64,000 bases of DNA, from contig OZ004607.1 in the NCBI GenBank assembly GCA_963924565.1, forward strand, positions 16,244,001 to 16,308,000, in the 5' to 3' direction. This DNA is from Ascidiella aspersa (lineage: Eukaryota). Below the pieces are notes generated by a model. It made no database searches, had not been told where the DNA came from, and worked only from the letters and a program-made list of their open reading frames with translations. A program made the position numbers and the translations under genes. Positions 10,318 to 24,097 of this stretch are shown piece by piece; the stretch's first letter is position 1; each line of letters opens with the position of its first letter.

Positions 10318-13300
10318 TCACACAAAAATAAAGTCTTTTCCATGTTGCTCGCCACATTTGCAATTCGTGTGTTTTTCACCTTCACTTTTCCATGTTCCGT
10401 GACATGGTCGACCCAAGAGCGCCATCCAACGGCTTCGTACTCCTATCAAGCTGCCTGTAATTAGCAAGTATCTCCCATTATTAAAATGCTTTGTTTTTGT
10501 GTAATATTTTGACACAATACGTGATTCATAATGCATTTTAACAAACTAAAAAGGCAAAGCAACACGCAAAACCTTAGAAAGTTTCTTAAACCTTGTTTTA
10601 AAAAAGGGTTAATTGATTTTTAGCGACATTCTGGTTCAGTGGATTCCTACTCTTTTGAAAAGTTTTTTCCTTGGGCTGGGCGGTAGACTCTAAACAATAT
10701 TGACTTTACTCTTACCTAGTACTTAACCAATTCTTAAGCCAACCCAAAATAAAAAGGAAAAACGATTCCCCTACTGTCAGTGGCCTAACATGGATTACAT
10801 ATATACATAGGATTTGGCCTAAACTGTTATTGACCAAACCTGTTCAGAAATGCTACACCCTTTTTTTGACCAACGGGAAGAACCAACGCCGCAAACCTTC
10901 TACACATTTTTTTTACTTTTATCCTTCCCCACCTCACATGTAAAAATAATAACTTAAAATCACACGGTGTACATAATGTAAAACAACCCCAAACATTCGT
11001 CAGATATTTTTGAGTTTCGTGCACTTAAGGCTTTGAATGATTTAGCTTAAAAACTCTTTTCATCAAGAACGGTTTATTTTACTTTATTTTATTAAGTGAC
11101 ATCTAGAGCAGGGTGGTCCAAGGTTGACAGCATCGAGGGCCACAATATTTCTTGCATATTCTTTGCGGGCCACAAACATAAGGTTACATCCGTACGAGGA
11201 CGTGAAATGTTTAAACATCGACGTCACAAATAATTGGCCAAGACATATAAGTTTCACAAACTTGCTACTACCGTCGAACTTGTGCGCAATGAAATCGTAG
11301 GGTAAGAGACTGTGGAAAATGGTGCACGCGAAGCGCGAAAATTTTTGCGTATTTGACAATACTTTTCAGTTAGAAGACAGCATTTTATAAGCGTACAATG
11401 TTCACGGAAACAAAAAAAATTAAGAGAGATGTCGCATACTACACAATCGCCAAATACAAAGACGTTTTCGTTTTGCGCAAAAAGGTATTAACCAGATAAT
11501 TTTAGCTGAAATTTCATCTTGGAATGGGTCAGCGCGTTAGGGTAAAGTCACAGTGAAAACCACATTTTTAGAAAAGTTTCGTATAAGACGCACTGCGGCT
11601 CAAACCGGTCATTAGTTATAACACATACCAAAATTAGGCGTCCGTGCTACTCCCTGCTGCGAATTTGGTGAGCGATAGGAATCTGGGTTATTTCATGGTA
11701 TAACTGGAAAAATGTAATCATGACCAAACAATTGCAGTATTCTTACTGTTCGTTTGTCACTTAGATTTCTTTGAGTAAACAGTCAACGGTACGCATTGCA
11801 ATAATTCACAGTGCTCGCGGGCCACGAAAAATGATGTCGGGCCTGGGTTTGGACCACCCTGATCTAGAGTATGCATGCGCCAAAGGACGTGGCAAACCTG
11901 CACAATGTCCTTTCTTGTCCATAGCTGTGTCGTGGCATTCCACGCAAACACGGGAGCCCACTTTGAGAACATGATAAGGAGATGCATACCGGCAAGACCA
12001 CGCTATTGATGTAACGTGATAGTTGACGCAGTAACTGCAACAAAAGCATATGGAAAAGCTAAACACCAAAATCACTTATTGCACAGTTCAACAATATTCT
12101 GGAATAACATATACGATCCGCAATAAAAAGTCTCAAAGTCGGCTAAATTTGAAGCCAGGGTGATAAAATAAAGCCGAGGTGATAAAATAAATCACAGAGC
12201 ACGCCAGCGAAGACTTTACCAAGAACCTGTAATTTGTCCGTAAGTGCGTGGATGACGCTCTTATGTGCCAGGTAAGCACCCCGAGCCACGTTTAGAAGGC
12301 GGAAGGCCCGAGGTTGCTTGAAGTGAACGCACGCCTTGAACTTTTCACTGGGGCGCGAAACAGAATCAGTTTGCATTTTAACGCAGCGAACAATGCGATG
12401 TCGACGGCCATTATCGATTGCGATATGTTAACGCATCGGTGATAAGATCGCCGGGTCGCTCCGCTGGATCATATCAGGATCAACTTAAATGTCAATATTT
12501 ACCCTTGAGCATTGGTAATTGCGTTCACCGTTTTACGATGCGTGAACGTGTTTTTAAGAATGACTTTTCTGCTTTTGCATATTTTTTCATCCCCAAGGCT
12601 TTAGGATTTTACGCAAAACAATCTTTGGCATTACCTGTCCCGTCTTTTGGCGACTTTCTTTATTTCTGTAGGGCGCTGGTATTTGTCAGGGATGTTGCGC
12701 TGCCGATTCAAATATGCCGGTAGTAGTTGTGCTATTTCTATAATATAAAAAAATAGGAAAGGGTTGAAAAGCACAAAAACTTTAAAATATCGATTTTATG
12801 TTAAAATGTTTAAGTCCACTTAAACTTGTAGAAACTTGTAACGAAATATTACGTTATATAAATGCACCGGTGGCCTGGATATAGAAGTTATGTAATCTTA
12901 CCACTGTTCCTGCACCTTGCGTCGTCATGGTAACAGGCCCGAGTTTGTTGACGTTGACCGCAAGGTTTTCCACCTCCCGAAGCGGGAATGTGAATATCTC
13001 GTCTTCTCATTCTTGTTCCACGCCCACATCGCGCCGTACAATGACTCCAGTGACTCCAGTAAGTCATCACGCAGTCTTGCGCTGCAGGTTCAACATGTAG
13101 GAATTAGTAGACTTAGTAGCTTTACAAATGTTTGTCCCTTAAGGTGTTTCTCCTAAAAGATAGCTAATACACATAGTTTTGATATGAATTATGTTATTTA
13201 TTACATGGATCTCAAGTGATGGTTCAAAATTCAATGAGCGACATACTGACAACCAAGCTTCGAATTCCAACAGATATAGACAAGGTGTTAAAGCGTCGTA

Positions 13301-16300
13301 AAATATTTTTTCAAAATTTTTTTTAAAGTAACATTAATTATTATCAGTAAAGGAATTAGCGTCATGTCACATCCGTACTAACAGCAAAACGAGAAACCAC
13401 TCCTGTGACCACCCAACCTGACGTGATGGCCCATTTCTTGGTTTAACAATTCAAGAAAAGTAAAACTTACAAGCCATGGCTTACGGCTGCTGTGAGCGAT
13501 CGGTGTGTGGCTGTGTGGGTTGCGGGCGGCCACTTGTGTGCAACTGCGCGGATATGTTTAAATACACAAGCGGATTTTGCCCTGTTTATCCATTTCATGG
13601 TTTGCGCTCGAGTGGGAAGAGTAGTATTGTGTTATCAGAGAGTCCCGAAAGTAACATAAAACCGTTTCTTACGCCTAGACAAGTGACCACCCAAATAGGA
13701 TATCTTGCGGATTTTTGGGTTTTGTTTTAGGACTCAAAAAGTTAAACAAGGGTTAATGGAACTTAAAATTTGTATGGCAAAATATCCTTATTTTTAGAAG
13801 CGTAAATAATAAGAAATTCCGTTATGACTACGTTTTGCACAATACATTTACCATACATTATCGTATATCTGCCGTTTGTACGCTAGTGAAGCGGCAGCCT
13901 TAAAAAGCCACAAGCCACGCTGCAAGCGAATAAGGCAATATACGCTATCACTAATTACGAATTCTCGTGGGATGTTACCTATGTTACCCTTTTAGGCTGT
14001 GCCAACCGCTGCTTTAGTTACCTGATCTTCTGCAATAAATATTAGAATTATCGGTTTATGAAAATACTTTGTTGATTTCATGATAAACGAAAGATAAGTT
14101 AAATAAATCGATAGCCAGAAAACCCGTTGCTTTGCTATGCAGTACTTTCTGACGAATAGCTACTACGTTCACATTTGAAGCGCATTTAGTATGGTTTTTG
14201 GATTGTTTTGTTCGTTACTTTCTTTGAGATTTTCTCCTTACTTTATTTAAATAGTTACGCCAAATGAACTTCGTTTCATCTCGGAGGGAATATTTTGATC
14301 CAATGTAAATTGTATGATCTGTGACAGCTCGATCAGCGGCAACTGGCCGCACACAACACACGCAAGTCAACTTACTCTATAACATTGTGTACGGACAAGC
14401 GGATTTGCTATACGCCTTCTGTTACTTTACATTAAATAAGATCTCTTAAAGCAAATGTTTTTTACCGCCATTGTGTACATTACATGTTGATTTTTGGCCA
14501 AGCATCGTTATAGTGCGATTATTTACTAACGAATTGAATAAATAGTCGTTATAATAATTCGTCTCAATGTGTGCAGCATATATAACATCAACACAGCAAA
14601 TGTTAAATGGTACTATTGGAATAATGCCGTCTACCTCGAATAGTATTTAATTCATTACATCTTGAGTCAAAAACAATCGCTTGGACAACGACTAATAAAT
14701 GGTCAAAATCTACGTTGTCGAGAACTGCATCATTTCATTACTCACAGTGTTTCCATTCTTCAGTTTTATGGTGCATTCTGTGACAGGAAAAAACATGCCC
14801 GTTTACAAATTGTTCGGCCTCTTTACGGTGGCACGTGTTAGGCCTACATATAGAGAACGAATCGCCGTAAAATAGCATTCCGGATTGACCCAAAGCAAAT
14901 GCCACCGCCCGCTGTGTGCCAGCGGTCGACCTGGCCAGGCCGGCTAGGCATACACTGGAACAAGTAAAATTAAAGCACTGTTTGTTCGTGGCACTGCGAT
15001 CCATTCGATCCATTCCTTCAGTTGGATATAGTTTGCGAATTGGCTTTAGTTCTGTCCGCCCATTGCGGACCGGAAACCAAAATATAAGACATAAAAGCCA
15101 CATGGAGTACCGCCGTCGTATCACCGGGTCAGAGGGAGTTAACGGCAATTCTTTTTTTATGCTGAAAATGCTATCTTGGTTGTTTTGAATAGCTTAATCT
15201 AACTGGCACAGTCAGAACTATTTAAAGCGTTCTATTTACGATTGCATACCTCGCCATACATTCCCGTTCTTTTTTGTATACTGTTTTCCAAGCCGACACA
15301 TATTACAGGAACCGTGGTAACATTACGGGTTGGTTGATATAATTGATTAATATCTTGTTAAATGAATAAAAAATAGCAACGTCGTCTCTTTAGTACCAAA
15401 TCCCGTGTTTAAAAAAAATACACACTTTCCGTTTTATTTTATATTTGCGAGTTAATTAATAAGATAAACCATCTTGCTTTGGGTCAACGCGAATTTTGGT
15501 AGACACCGGACGTAACCTAAACCCAAAAATGTTCTCGTGCAAGAATATTTCCAAATTTTTGTGCTCTCTCACACAGATACACTTTTTATCTTATAGACAG
15601 TTTATCATAAGGAAGCTACTAAACTGACCACAGATGTATATTTTTGTACTCTATTTTGTTTTGGTTGGAACTCAAAGATACGCCGAAAGGTGGAAAAGTT
15701 GTCTACCACATACGGATCGCTGTAGCCACAAAAGGGCAATTTTTACTATTACTTCAGTTTACCCAACGTTAAAAGTACATACCACGTTTTTATACCGGAT
15801 GTGCAACTATAATTCCATGGCAAATTTGTAAGCGTCTTACACTTTCTCTAGCGCATAGAGATGGCGGTATTATCGCAAGACGTTGTGTTGACACAAAGGC
15901 GACCCGTGCGTTGCGATTTGAAAAGATCAAGGGGATAGCTCTCCGCCATAAACACTAGTAAAATTGCCTGAAAAGAAAATTACCCCAACGGGTTCGCAAT
16001 GTTTTATACAGAAAGATAGGCGTCAAGAAATCTTTTCATGATTGTGTTGGACATACGACTATGCAAATATAAGTGAATTATATTTTGGAAAACAAAACAC
16101 ATGATCGACGACTCGACGTATTCCATCGCCGTCAGAAAATAAATATTGGCTTTCTGCTAGAAAGTGGTTTACGTGGCCTTATTTATAGATGTTAAAATAT
16201 AAACTACATTAGCTATCCCCGAAGAATGACAGTCGTAAATCAAGCAAACAGCCGCCCAAACAAAGTCTTGTGCTCTCAGATGTGGCTATAATTTCCCTAA

Positions 16301-18196
16301 AAGAATAAATTATTACGAAGTGAGAGAAAACATGTCGGTGTTGTGTCCGTCAGTAGCTTACAACAAGTAAATGAATATTCTTGGCGTGTGTAACGTGGTC
16401 CCTGGCAGTCTGGCGCGTAAATTAACTGTAAACAAAAACGTCTATAAACACCACGCTCCCTGACAAAGCGCAGGATCGGAAAGGTGTTGACACGACCGGT
16501 TTCTAACCACGGTTTTGTGTTACGTCTAATTGCTTTCCAAACAAACAGACAATTTCACGCAGCGGGCATGTTTTCTTTAAGCGCTGATTTACAAACAAAG
16601 TTAGCAGTAGAGTGTTAGGAATGCCGTCGCCCCTCAGCGTCAATTACAATTAAAGCTATCGCTAATTGTCGTTTCCATACCCTACATGTTTTCTAACTGA
16701 TTAAAGTCCGAATAATAACGTTGCCAAGGCAAAGTGACCGTCCATTAACCTTTCACAGCAATGCTGTTAACAGAGTTGGCAGTTTGCGACCAAGCCTTGA
16801 CTAGAATAGACACTGAGTCGCATTAGTACGACAGCTGATGCAGCTTCGTTTAAATGCCGTTATTGCGTCGATCAAGTCCCAAGCGTCACCAGGAATATAG
16901 TGCGGTTTCTTAAATTACCTTTGTAAGAATGCTATGAGTCCATGACGTATATGTTTATAATCCTACGATTTATTTTCAAATGATTTTAGCAATGATATAT
17001 TTTGAACATTGAACATTCTGTAATCTATTTCATTTGCACCTGTTTGAGCGACAAAATATCAACAATATCACATTTGTAAAGCGGTTAGCCTGCACAATGG
17101 CATCACTAAACAATCGAAAAGGCGGCCTTTTCATGTTACCGTCTGATGCAGTTACTGAATAACTTTTGCGATGTCAAATTTAAAGTAAGTAACATACGAG
17201 GATAACTACGCATGAGTTTTTTAACGTTTTAAAACGGTTTAAAATCAAATAGGAGTGGCGAAATTTCCTTATTTGAAATATAAATTGGCCATAATTAATG
17301 CTCGTTTATATCTAAAGGGTAAATTATTAAACATTAAAAAAATAAATTGAGCAAACTCTTTTCTTCAAATTTATACCTCTTTTCAAATACCCACAATCGT
17401 TTATCAACCCAAGTTATTACCCAGTGCCCTTTCACTACAAATGCCTTATTAATGTAGCAAACATACGAACACATAGCTTACAGACAAACGCTGTTAAAAA
17501 TATTGAATATCTTATACATAGTAGATTTTGATAATCCGTTTATAATTGTATTGTTTAATGACAGTTACGAAATCCCTGCAGAATGTTAAACAGTCACAAC
17601 GATGTTTAGCTAGCGCATTTCAAGCGCTATCGACAAAAAAATCTAGTTTATGGACATTCAAGAAAAAGCCCGCATTCCTCTACTTAACGCCAAACCAAAA
17701 ATAAATAGGTATATAAAAAAACCTTTACAACCTTAACTGAACTGCAAAACAGACTAATATACAATGATATACAAAAAAATGGTGAACAGATATAAAAAAA
17801 TTAAATATTCTTTTTTACTGAAAGCATAATCAATGCGTATTGAACGTATAATCACCACAGCACATTTATTTAACATATATTCAAACTCTATTTTGAAAAA
17901 TAGAGTCGAACTATTTTTTCTTATAAACAACATAAAATTTCCATACCTCTGCTTAGGCAGTAGGACTTGTAGTCATCGCAGCAGTCCCCTGATTTCTGGC
18001 AAAACTCATCGCAGTAGCACGACCGCGAATATTTGTTCCTGCTGAGCCCATAAACAAACTTGCAATCAACGTTTTGGCCTGTACAGCAACGCTCTATTTC
18101 TTCACATCCAGCTTCAGTTTCTTTGACAACGAGAAAAATTACCAGCAACACAAATGCCAAGCCCTTTGAAAGCTTCGTTTGTTCATACAGCCCCAT
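10318..18196 (-). CDS. SBSPON: Somatomedin-B and thrombospondin type-1 domain-containing protein (RPE-spondin), about 268 aa, 5 exons
   Basis: Exons 18196-17947, 13081-12902, 12737-12635, 12034-11898, 10454-10318 (807 nt, phases 1/1/2/1). Signal peptide; SMB domain CEEIERCC..CYCDEFCQKSGDCCDDYKSYC; TSP1 DCVMTYWSHWSHCTARCGRGTRMRRR..GGKPC; C-terminal YCVNY..VCVECH..RW..CHGTWK..CKC..DFIFV*, characteristic of SBSPON. Confidence 0.9.
11109..11861. mobile_element. hAT MITE (753 bp) in SBSPON intron 4
   Basis: 13-bp perfect TIR CAGGGTGGTCCAA/TTGGACCACCCTG; perfect 8-bp TSD ATCTAGAG at 11101-11108 and 11862-11869 (nTCTAGAn, Buster-type target); internal GGGCCAC subterminal repeats. Confidence 0.92.
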
Positions 18197-19947
18197 GCTA
18201 TGAAAGTAAGTTTATTTGTTTTGGCAATTAATCTTTTCACCAATGTTTGCTTAGATTATCCCACTCTCAGTTTATCCGAGATGATGCTTTCGTTGCAGTT
18301 GTAAGCACCAACTGCTCCACCAATCCACCAAAGTTATATAGTTACGCTTAAAACATGTAACGCAACAGCATAGTGAACAAACAAGCAAATCTTTTCAAAT
18401 TTACTTTAAGAGTTCTATTAAAATATCAAATGTCAATCTGTTTCATATCGGACAACGCAACGAATGCTAAAATTTTCGAGTCTGTTGCGGTAGAAGGGGG
18501 ATTGCTTGAACGATATAGCGCTTATACCGCCGTACGGTACATGCTTCTGTTGACACAAGATATCAGATCACGCAGGATGTTTGCGCAGTCAAGGCGGTAA
18601 AGATTATCCTTATATACTGAACGTTTAACTTGTGGTTTGGCCTGACACAAAGACTTCAATTATTTAATACTTTACTTTTAAACTCGGAAATATTTTAATT
18701 GTATACTTAAGTGCTGTTATACCTCGATAAAAGTATATTTTAAAATCGTCTTCAAGGTCGACAATCGACCCATGGACACTCAATCGTTAACACTAACTGT
18801 TAATTATTATTAGTATTATTCAATGCATTATTTACTTTTCTAACAACTTTTTCATGCGTACACATAACCGTCTCTTGCAGTTAACCTGGAGTAGCATAAT
18901 CTAAAAAATCGATCAACTGTTGATGACAAGATAATAATGTAATTTACCACAAGTTTATAAATCCAACATGCAGATCGTGAGACTCAGTATTACATTTTGT
19001 TATACGAGAAGCACTGGTTAAGCTGATAGTTCAAATGTTGTAAGACAACCTTTTTCTTTGCTTGCCGGCGTTTTACGTTTGTCTCCATCGAACGACAAAA
19101 TAAGAAAAAATGCGTCACATTTGTTCAGAAATATGTGATTTTTCAAACGGCTGAAATTTTTAGTGGTGGTGAAAGTATTGTGTTTTTAAAGAGGTAAACT
19201 TTTGGTCTAGCTTAGTTATAGAAATATTACAAACGAAACCAAAGAACATTTTAAGTTTATTTTTGGCTTGCAATCGGCAAAGGTTTTGCGACAACCAACC
19301 CCAGACTCAATACATCATGTTAGTCACTAAAAAAGCCATGTATTTCATTTAAAACATACATATAAGTAAGCACAACTTAATACAATACGCTGCCATTCTG
19401 ATTTTAAAACTGTAAGTTTTGAACAACAGTTGTGCAGAAGTGTTTCATTGGATGCTTTTTTTAAATATAATCGGGGCCTTTTTAAATGATTGCACGTATC
19501 TGGTTCTCATAATCGGTGTGCCAAAGTAAAAAATGCTTACCGACTTGTTGCTATAAGCCTTGTTAAAATACTAAAAACTAAAATTTTACATTTATTTTGC
19601 CAAAATCTTGTTGGCACATTTGGATGGCCCGAATACAAAGCCATTTTTAAGTGTCGTGCCAAAAGGATTGATGCCCTAACTCTGCCTGGGTGATCTTTAT
19701 AAAAATAAGATAAGTTAACTCTTTGTTCGTTTTCGGATAAATGGAAAAACGCAAATATATCAAGAACAAAAAACTAGAATAATGATCATGACATTTATCC
19801 ACTGAAAAAGACGAACAAGTAAACCTAATTGACTAACGTCACAATAAACACAAAAAAACGTAGTAAAGGTTTCTAAAAACAGTTCAAATACAATGGAAGA
19901 AATTAGTTATTTATGTACTTGTACATGAGTTTTTGATGTTTTAGGCC

Positions 19948-20020
19948 AGGGCTCGGTAACCTACAGTCCGCCGCGGGTGTGATCCGACCGGCCAATGTAA
20001 TTCATATACAGCCCGCGATC
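19948..20020 (+). mobile_element. Left end of a degenerate hAT MITE
   Basis: CAGGGCTCGGTAACC followed by CCGCGGG..GCCCGCG subterminal motifs; the right end could not be placed confidently. Confidence 0.4.
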
Positions 20021-21083
20021 TCTTTTACAAACTGGACATGAGATGTCCTATCTTTTCGTCTAATTTAAGTATAAATTTGAGTTGTTATATTTTTGTCTCA
20101 GCCCAAGGGCGCCGTATGCATGGCAACTATTTAAGTGGAAATTAATCGCAACGTGGATCTCTAAAGTCTAAGATGAAAAATCTACCAACTTTAACCATTG
20201 ATATTTTCGCGTATGCATTGTATATTTTCTATGCACAATAAAAACCTCGATTTTTTAAGTTTTTCATATACCCGAACAATCAACTGTTAAGCGTTACAAC
20301 TGTTACAAGTGTCTTAGAGTAAAAAACAACAATTCGTTAACAAAACACTGAAGCCTGCAACGACGGAAACTGTTTATGTCTATTAATATAGTCCGATGGA
20401 TGTTTAAAATAACAATGTTGAAATGAGTTATTTTTAAGTCAAATTTTTGTCATAAAACAGTTTGCCGTTAGGCTTTCCTGCTTTTTCGGTACAAAAATAA
20501 TCGCAATAGATAAAGGCCACTGAGCGTAAGTATTGCGCCTTAAAGTTATTTTTTCTGGATGTTGCGCTGTTCAATTAAACATTTTCCAAAATACCATATA
20601 TCCTAGCATTTTTTTGTATGACACGTTATTCGTTTTTTTGTTGCCGGTCACACAAAGCACGATAACTAGGCCTAGTATTTGTTTTGTTCGTTTAAATGAG
20701 GCGGTGACCACATCAAACACTCACCGCATTCATTTGTTTGACTCCAATTTTACTCTTTCACCGATGATACAGAATGTCAAATAACAGATAGTCACTTATT
20801 TAAAATGCGATTTATACAACGATGCTTTAAACTGGGTTTCTTAACTGCCGGCCAGCGATAACTTTTTGCTGGTCTGTGCAGATGGCAAACTATGTTTTTT
20901 CTAAGATTTCTATCTTAACAGCAAACATAAAATTAAAAAAAACATTTGCCTTTTAAGTACGTCAAGCCCGCTTTGGGAAGTCTTTTCAGCGCTAAAGCAT
21001 CCAGTAGTTAATGATACTCTAGCCTAGCTCTAAATTGAAAGTTATGCCAAACTATACAATGACATTAATGCAAAGACGTACGA

Positions 21084-23431
21084 TAGGGTTGTTCAGATTT
21101 TGAAATTTTTTGAAAAGTTTAGCTAATCGAAGTTTTTCCCATGGTTTGGACCTTAAAAATAGGATTGACAAAAAAAATTTTAAATTTGGATCATGATTTC
21201 GCCCTCCTCAAAGCTCCCAAAGTTTAGCAGTTAAATCATCAAAATATAGGAATTCCCCTATTGCGAAAAATCGCTAAATTGGCTCTATTGTAACCAAACG
21301 ATGACAAATAGTATTGTAAAATGTTATTTGTGCTATATTAATAACGAATGTGCATATAAAACACAAAAAGCATTGCAAATTAGCTAAATAAAAACATTTT
21401 TTTTGCAATGATTGATGTTTTAAAGTCTGAAAACTATCACCGGTGTTCTACGACTTGCAGGAGGCTAGCGTGCTGCTGTGCATCATCAGTGATGTTTGCT
21501 GAGTAATCAGTGTTCAAATTGACCATTCTCTCAGTAACATCATTAACAACTTGAAGGTATTTACAAAGTTTTCCGCAACTTGGCAGTCTTTATCTTGCGA
21601 TGCCTCAGCAAGTTGCAATAAACGCCCAGAAAAGAAACAAGAAACCAGGACTCCTACCCGACTAATTTTATAAATCTGGTGCGTCCTGTTCCTTTTGAAC
21701 GCATCACTGGCAACCCCAGGCGAAATTTGCTTGGCTTGGGTGTATCCAAAGTTTTTCTCGCCAATGCCGCTTTACTATCTTCATCCATAGTAGGGTGTTA
21801 ACTGAACATATAAAACAATACAGTTTCTTCATTTAGGTACCAATGATCAACTTCAGCAGCTTGTTGAAGGCAACTTATTGAATGCTCTTTCATGGTTTGC
21901 CAAAACGTTGATCATTTATTAGAGCATCGGAACCAATATACGTTTTTACCAAAGCTGAAACATAAAACAAGGCAATAGACTGGTTGATGCGCTGCAACTG
22001 GTTTACAAAATCTTGTTCGTAGCTTATCTGTTCCATCCACATATTTTGGCAGTAAAGGAGCTGGCTCACTTATCGAGCACTGCATGTAGCACCAGGTTTG
22101 CCAAACGATGTTCATGTGGATGGGCAGTTATGAATTTTCAAAGAAACAGTAAACACCCAGTCCGAATGAATTTAAACATGATTTATGTCTCATTTTGAAG
22201 GTGGTGCCTCCTAGTTTATATCGTTAAAATTTGAACTTGTTGGCTCAACGGTTAAGGGTTAATATCGCTGAATATTAATATTCATATGTTTGAATATTAA
22301 TTTTTTTTTTAAATATTTTTTGCTAAGTGATTGCTGGAAAGATGTAGCCAATACAAGGACTGTGTAAAAATTTCAACTGTGTATCGTCACAACTTTCGGA
22401 GATATTGCCCAAAACCTATTCCAGCGCGCCAAGTTCGCGTAGGTATGTAACAGATGGGCTACGAACAAGATTTTGTAAACCAGCTGCCGCGCATCAACCA
22501 GTATATTGCCTTGTTTTATGTTTCAGCTTTGGTAAAAACAGGTATTGGTTCCGATGCTTTAATAAATACCTGATAATTTGCAAACCATGAAAGAGTGTTC
22601 AAAATAATACAACCAGGTGGCATAGGTTGCCTACAACAAGCTGCTGAAGTTCATCATTGGTACATAAATAAAGAAACTGTATTGTTTTATATGTTCAGTT
22701 AACACCCTACTATGGACGAAGATAGGAAAGTGGCATTGGCAAGAAAAACTTTGGATACACCCAAGCCAAGTAAATTTCGCCTGGGGTTGCCAGTGATGCG
22801 TTCAAAAGAAACAGGACGCACCAGAATTCAAAAATTTAGTCGGCTAGGACTCCTGGTTTCTTGTTTCTTTTCTGAGCGTTTATTGCAACTTGCTGAGGCA
22901 TCCAGTTTGTAACTGGACGCAAGCTAAAGACTGCTAAGTTGCGGAAAACTTTGTAAATACCTTCAAGTTGTTAATGATGTTACTGAGAGAATGGTCAAGT
23001 TAAACACTGATTACTCAGCAAACATCACTGATGATGCGCAGCAGCACGCTAGCCTCCTGCAAGTCGTAGAACACCGGTGATAGTTTTCTCTTTAAAAAAT
23101 CAATCATTGCAAAAAAAATATTTTTATTTAGCTAATTTGCAATGCTTTATTGTGTTATATATGCATATTCGTCATTAATATAGCACAAATAACATTTTAC
23201 AATATTATTTGTCATCGTTTGTTTACAATAGAGCCAGTTTAGCAAGTTTTCGCAATAGGGGAATTCCCATATTTTGATGATTTAACTGCTAAACTTTGGG
23301 AGCTTTGAGGAGGGCGAAATCATGACCCAAATTTAAATTTTTTTTGTCAATCCTATTTTTAAGGTCCAAACCATGGGAAAAACTTCGATTAGCTAAACTT
23401 TTCAAAAATTTTTAAAATCTGAACAACCCTA
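21084..23431. mobile_element. Palindromic (foldback-like) non-autonomous DNA transposon made of two inverted transposase 3' ends, probably hATm-like
   Basis: Termini TAGGGTTGTTCAGATTTT / AAAATCTGAACAACCCTA. About 1-kb inverted arms (21084 to about 22035 and about 22445 to 23431). Flanking direct repeat agacgtacga/agtcgtacga. Both arms carry decayed transposase motifs (FCKPAAAHQ..VYCL, HWYINKE, LQVVNDVTERMVKLNTDY..ITDD.QQ..LLQVVEHR). Family assignment is from recall of the motifs. Confidence 0.85.
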
Positions 23432-24026
23432 AGTCGTACGATGACGATAATGCCAAGCTTAGAATAGTTAACAGGTACCAAAAGTGTATAATTTACTGTT
23501 ATCATATTTACAAAATTTCGGTTTAGAAATTTTCGTCCAGAGAAATTACATAATATTTCTTATTCAAAAGTAAGAAGGAACACATCGTATAGTGTTATGC
23601 ATTTTCATCTTGTTCTTGGTTACGGCAACAAGTTTGCATGACGGACCGAAAGTTTTTTTTGTTAACTAAATAGGTTTGCACGTCATACTTTTCGCAGTAC
23701 TGTTAAAGTTTAATCCATAAAATTATTTTTTTAATGGGATTTTGGCCGCCCACAAGGAAAAGTTACCTGAATTGGGTGCCTCGCACTACGTTGAAACTAA
23801 GTCCGAATTTTTACGGATAATACCGTATAACTTAACATATTATCTTCAGCAACCCTATAATACGATACTCCTTTGTAAATGTTATTTATTAATGACTGTC
23901 CCTTAAGGCTTAAGCTAATATAATAGACAATCGTGTTTTTTAAACTCCATAGTAACCGTTCTGCAAAAAGATTTTTTTACCGGTTGAGCGGTGTCGAAGA
24001 GTTAAGAACAAAATTTACCCTTACTT

Positions 24027-24097
24027 GGCTGATTTATTGGCGATAGCTTGTTAGGCTGATTTATTGGCGATAGGCTGATTTATTGGCGATAGCTTGT
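24027..24097. repeat. Short tandem repeat, 3 copies of GGCTGATTTATTGGCGATA
   Basis: Directly visible 19-bp core repeated three times, twice followed by GCTTGT. Confidence 0.9.

Noticed and set aside
14738-15188. Overlapping 136-aa and 90-aa ORFs in SBSPON intron 1
   Set aside because: No recognisable motif or supporting splice structure; more likely GC-richer intronic or regulatory DNA.
22245-22262. piggyBac-like end (AAGGGTTAA) in the palindrome spacer
   Set aside because: No matching opposite end was found, and the motif is too short to support a call.
24027-24097. Short direct repeats as a CRISPR-like array
   Set aside because: Eukaryotic context, no unique spacers and only three adjacent copies.
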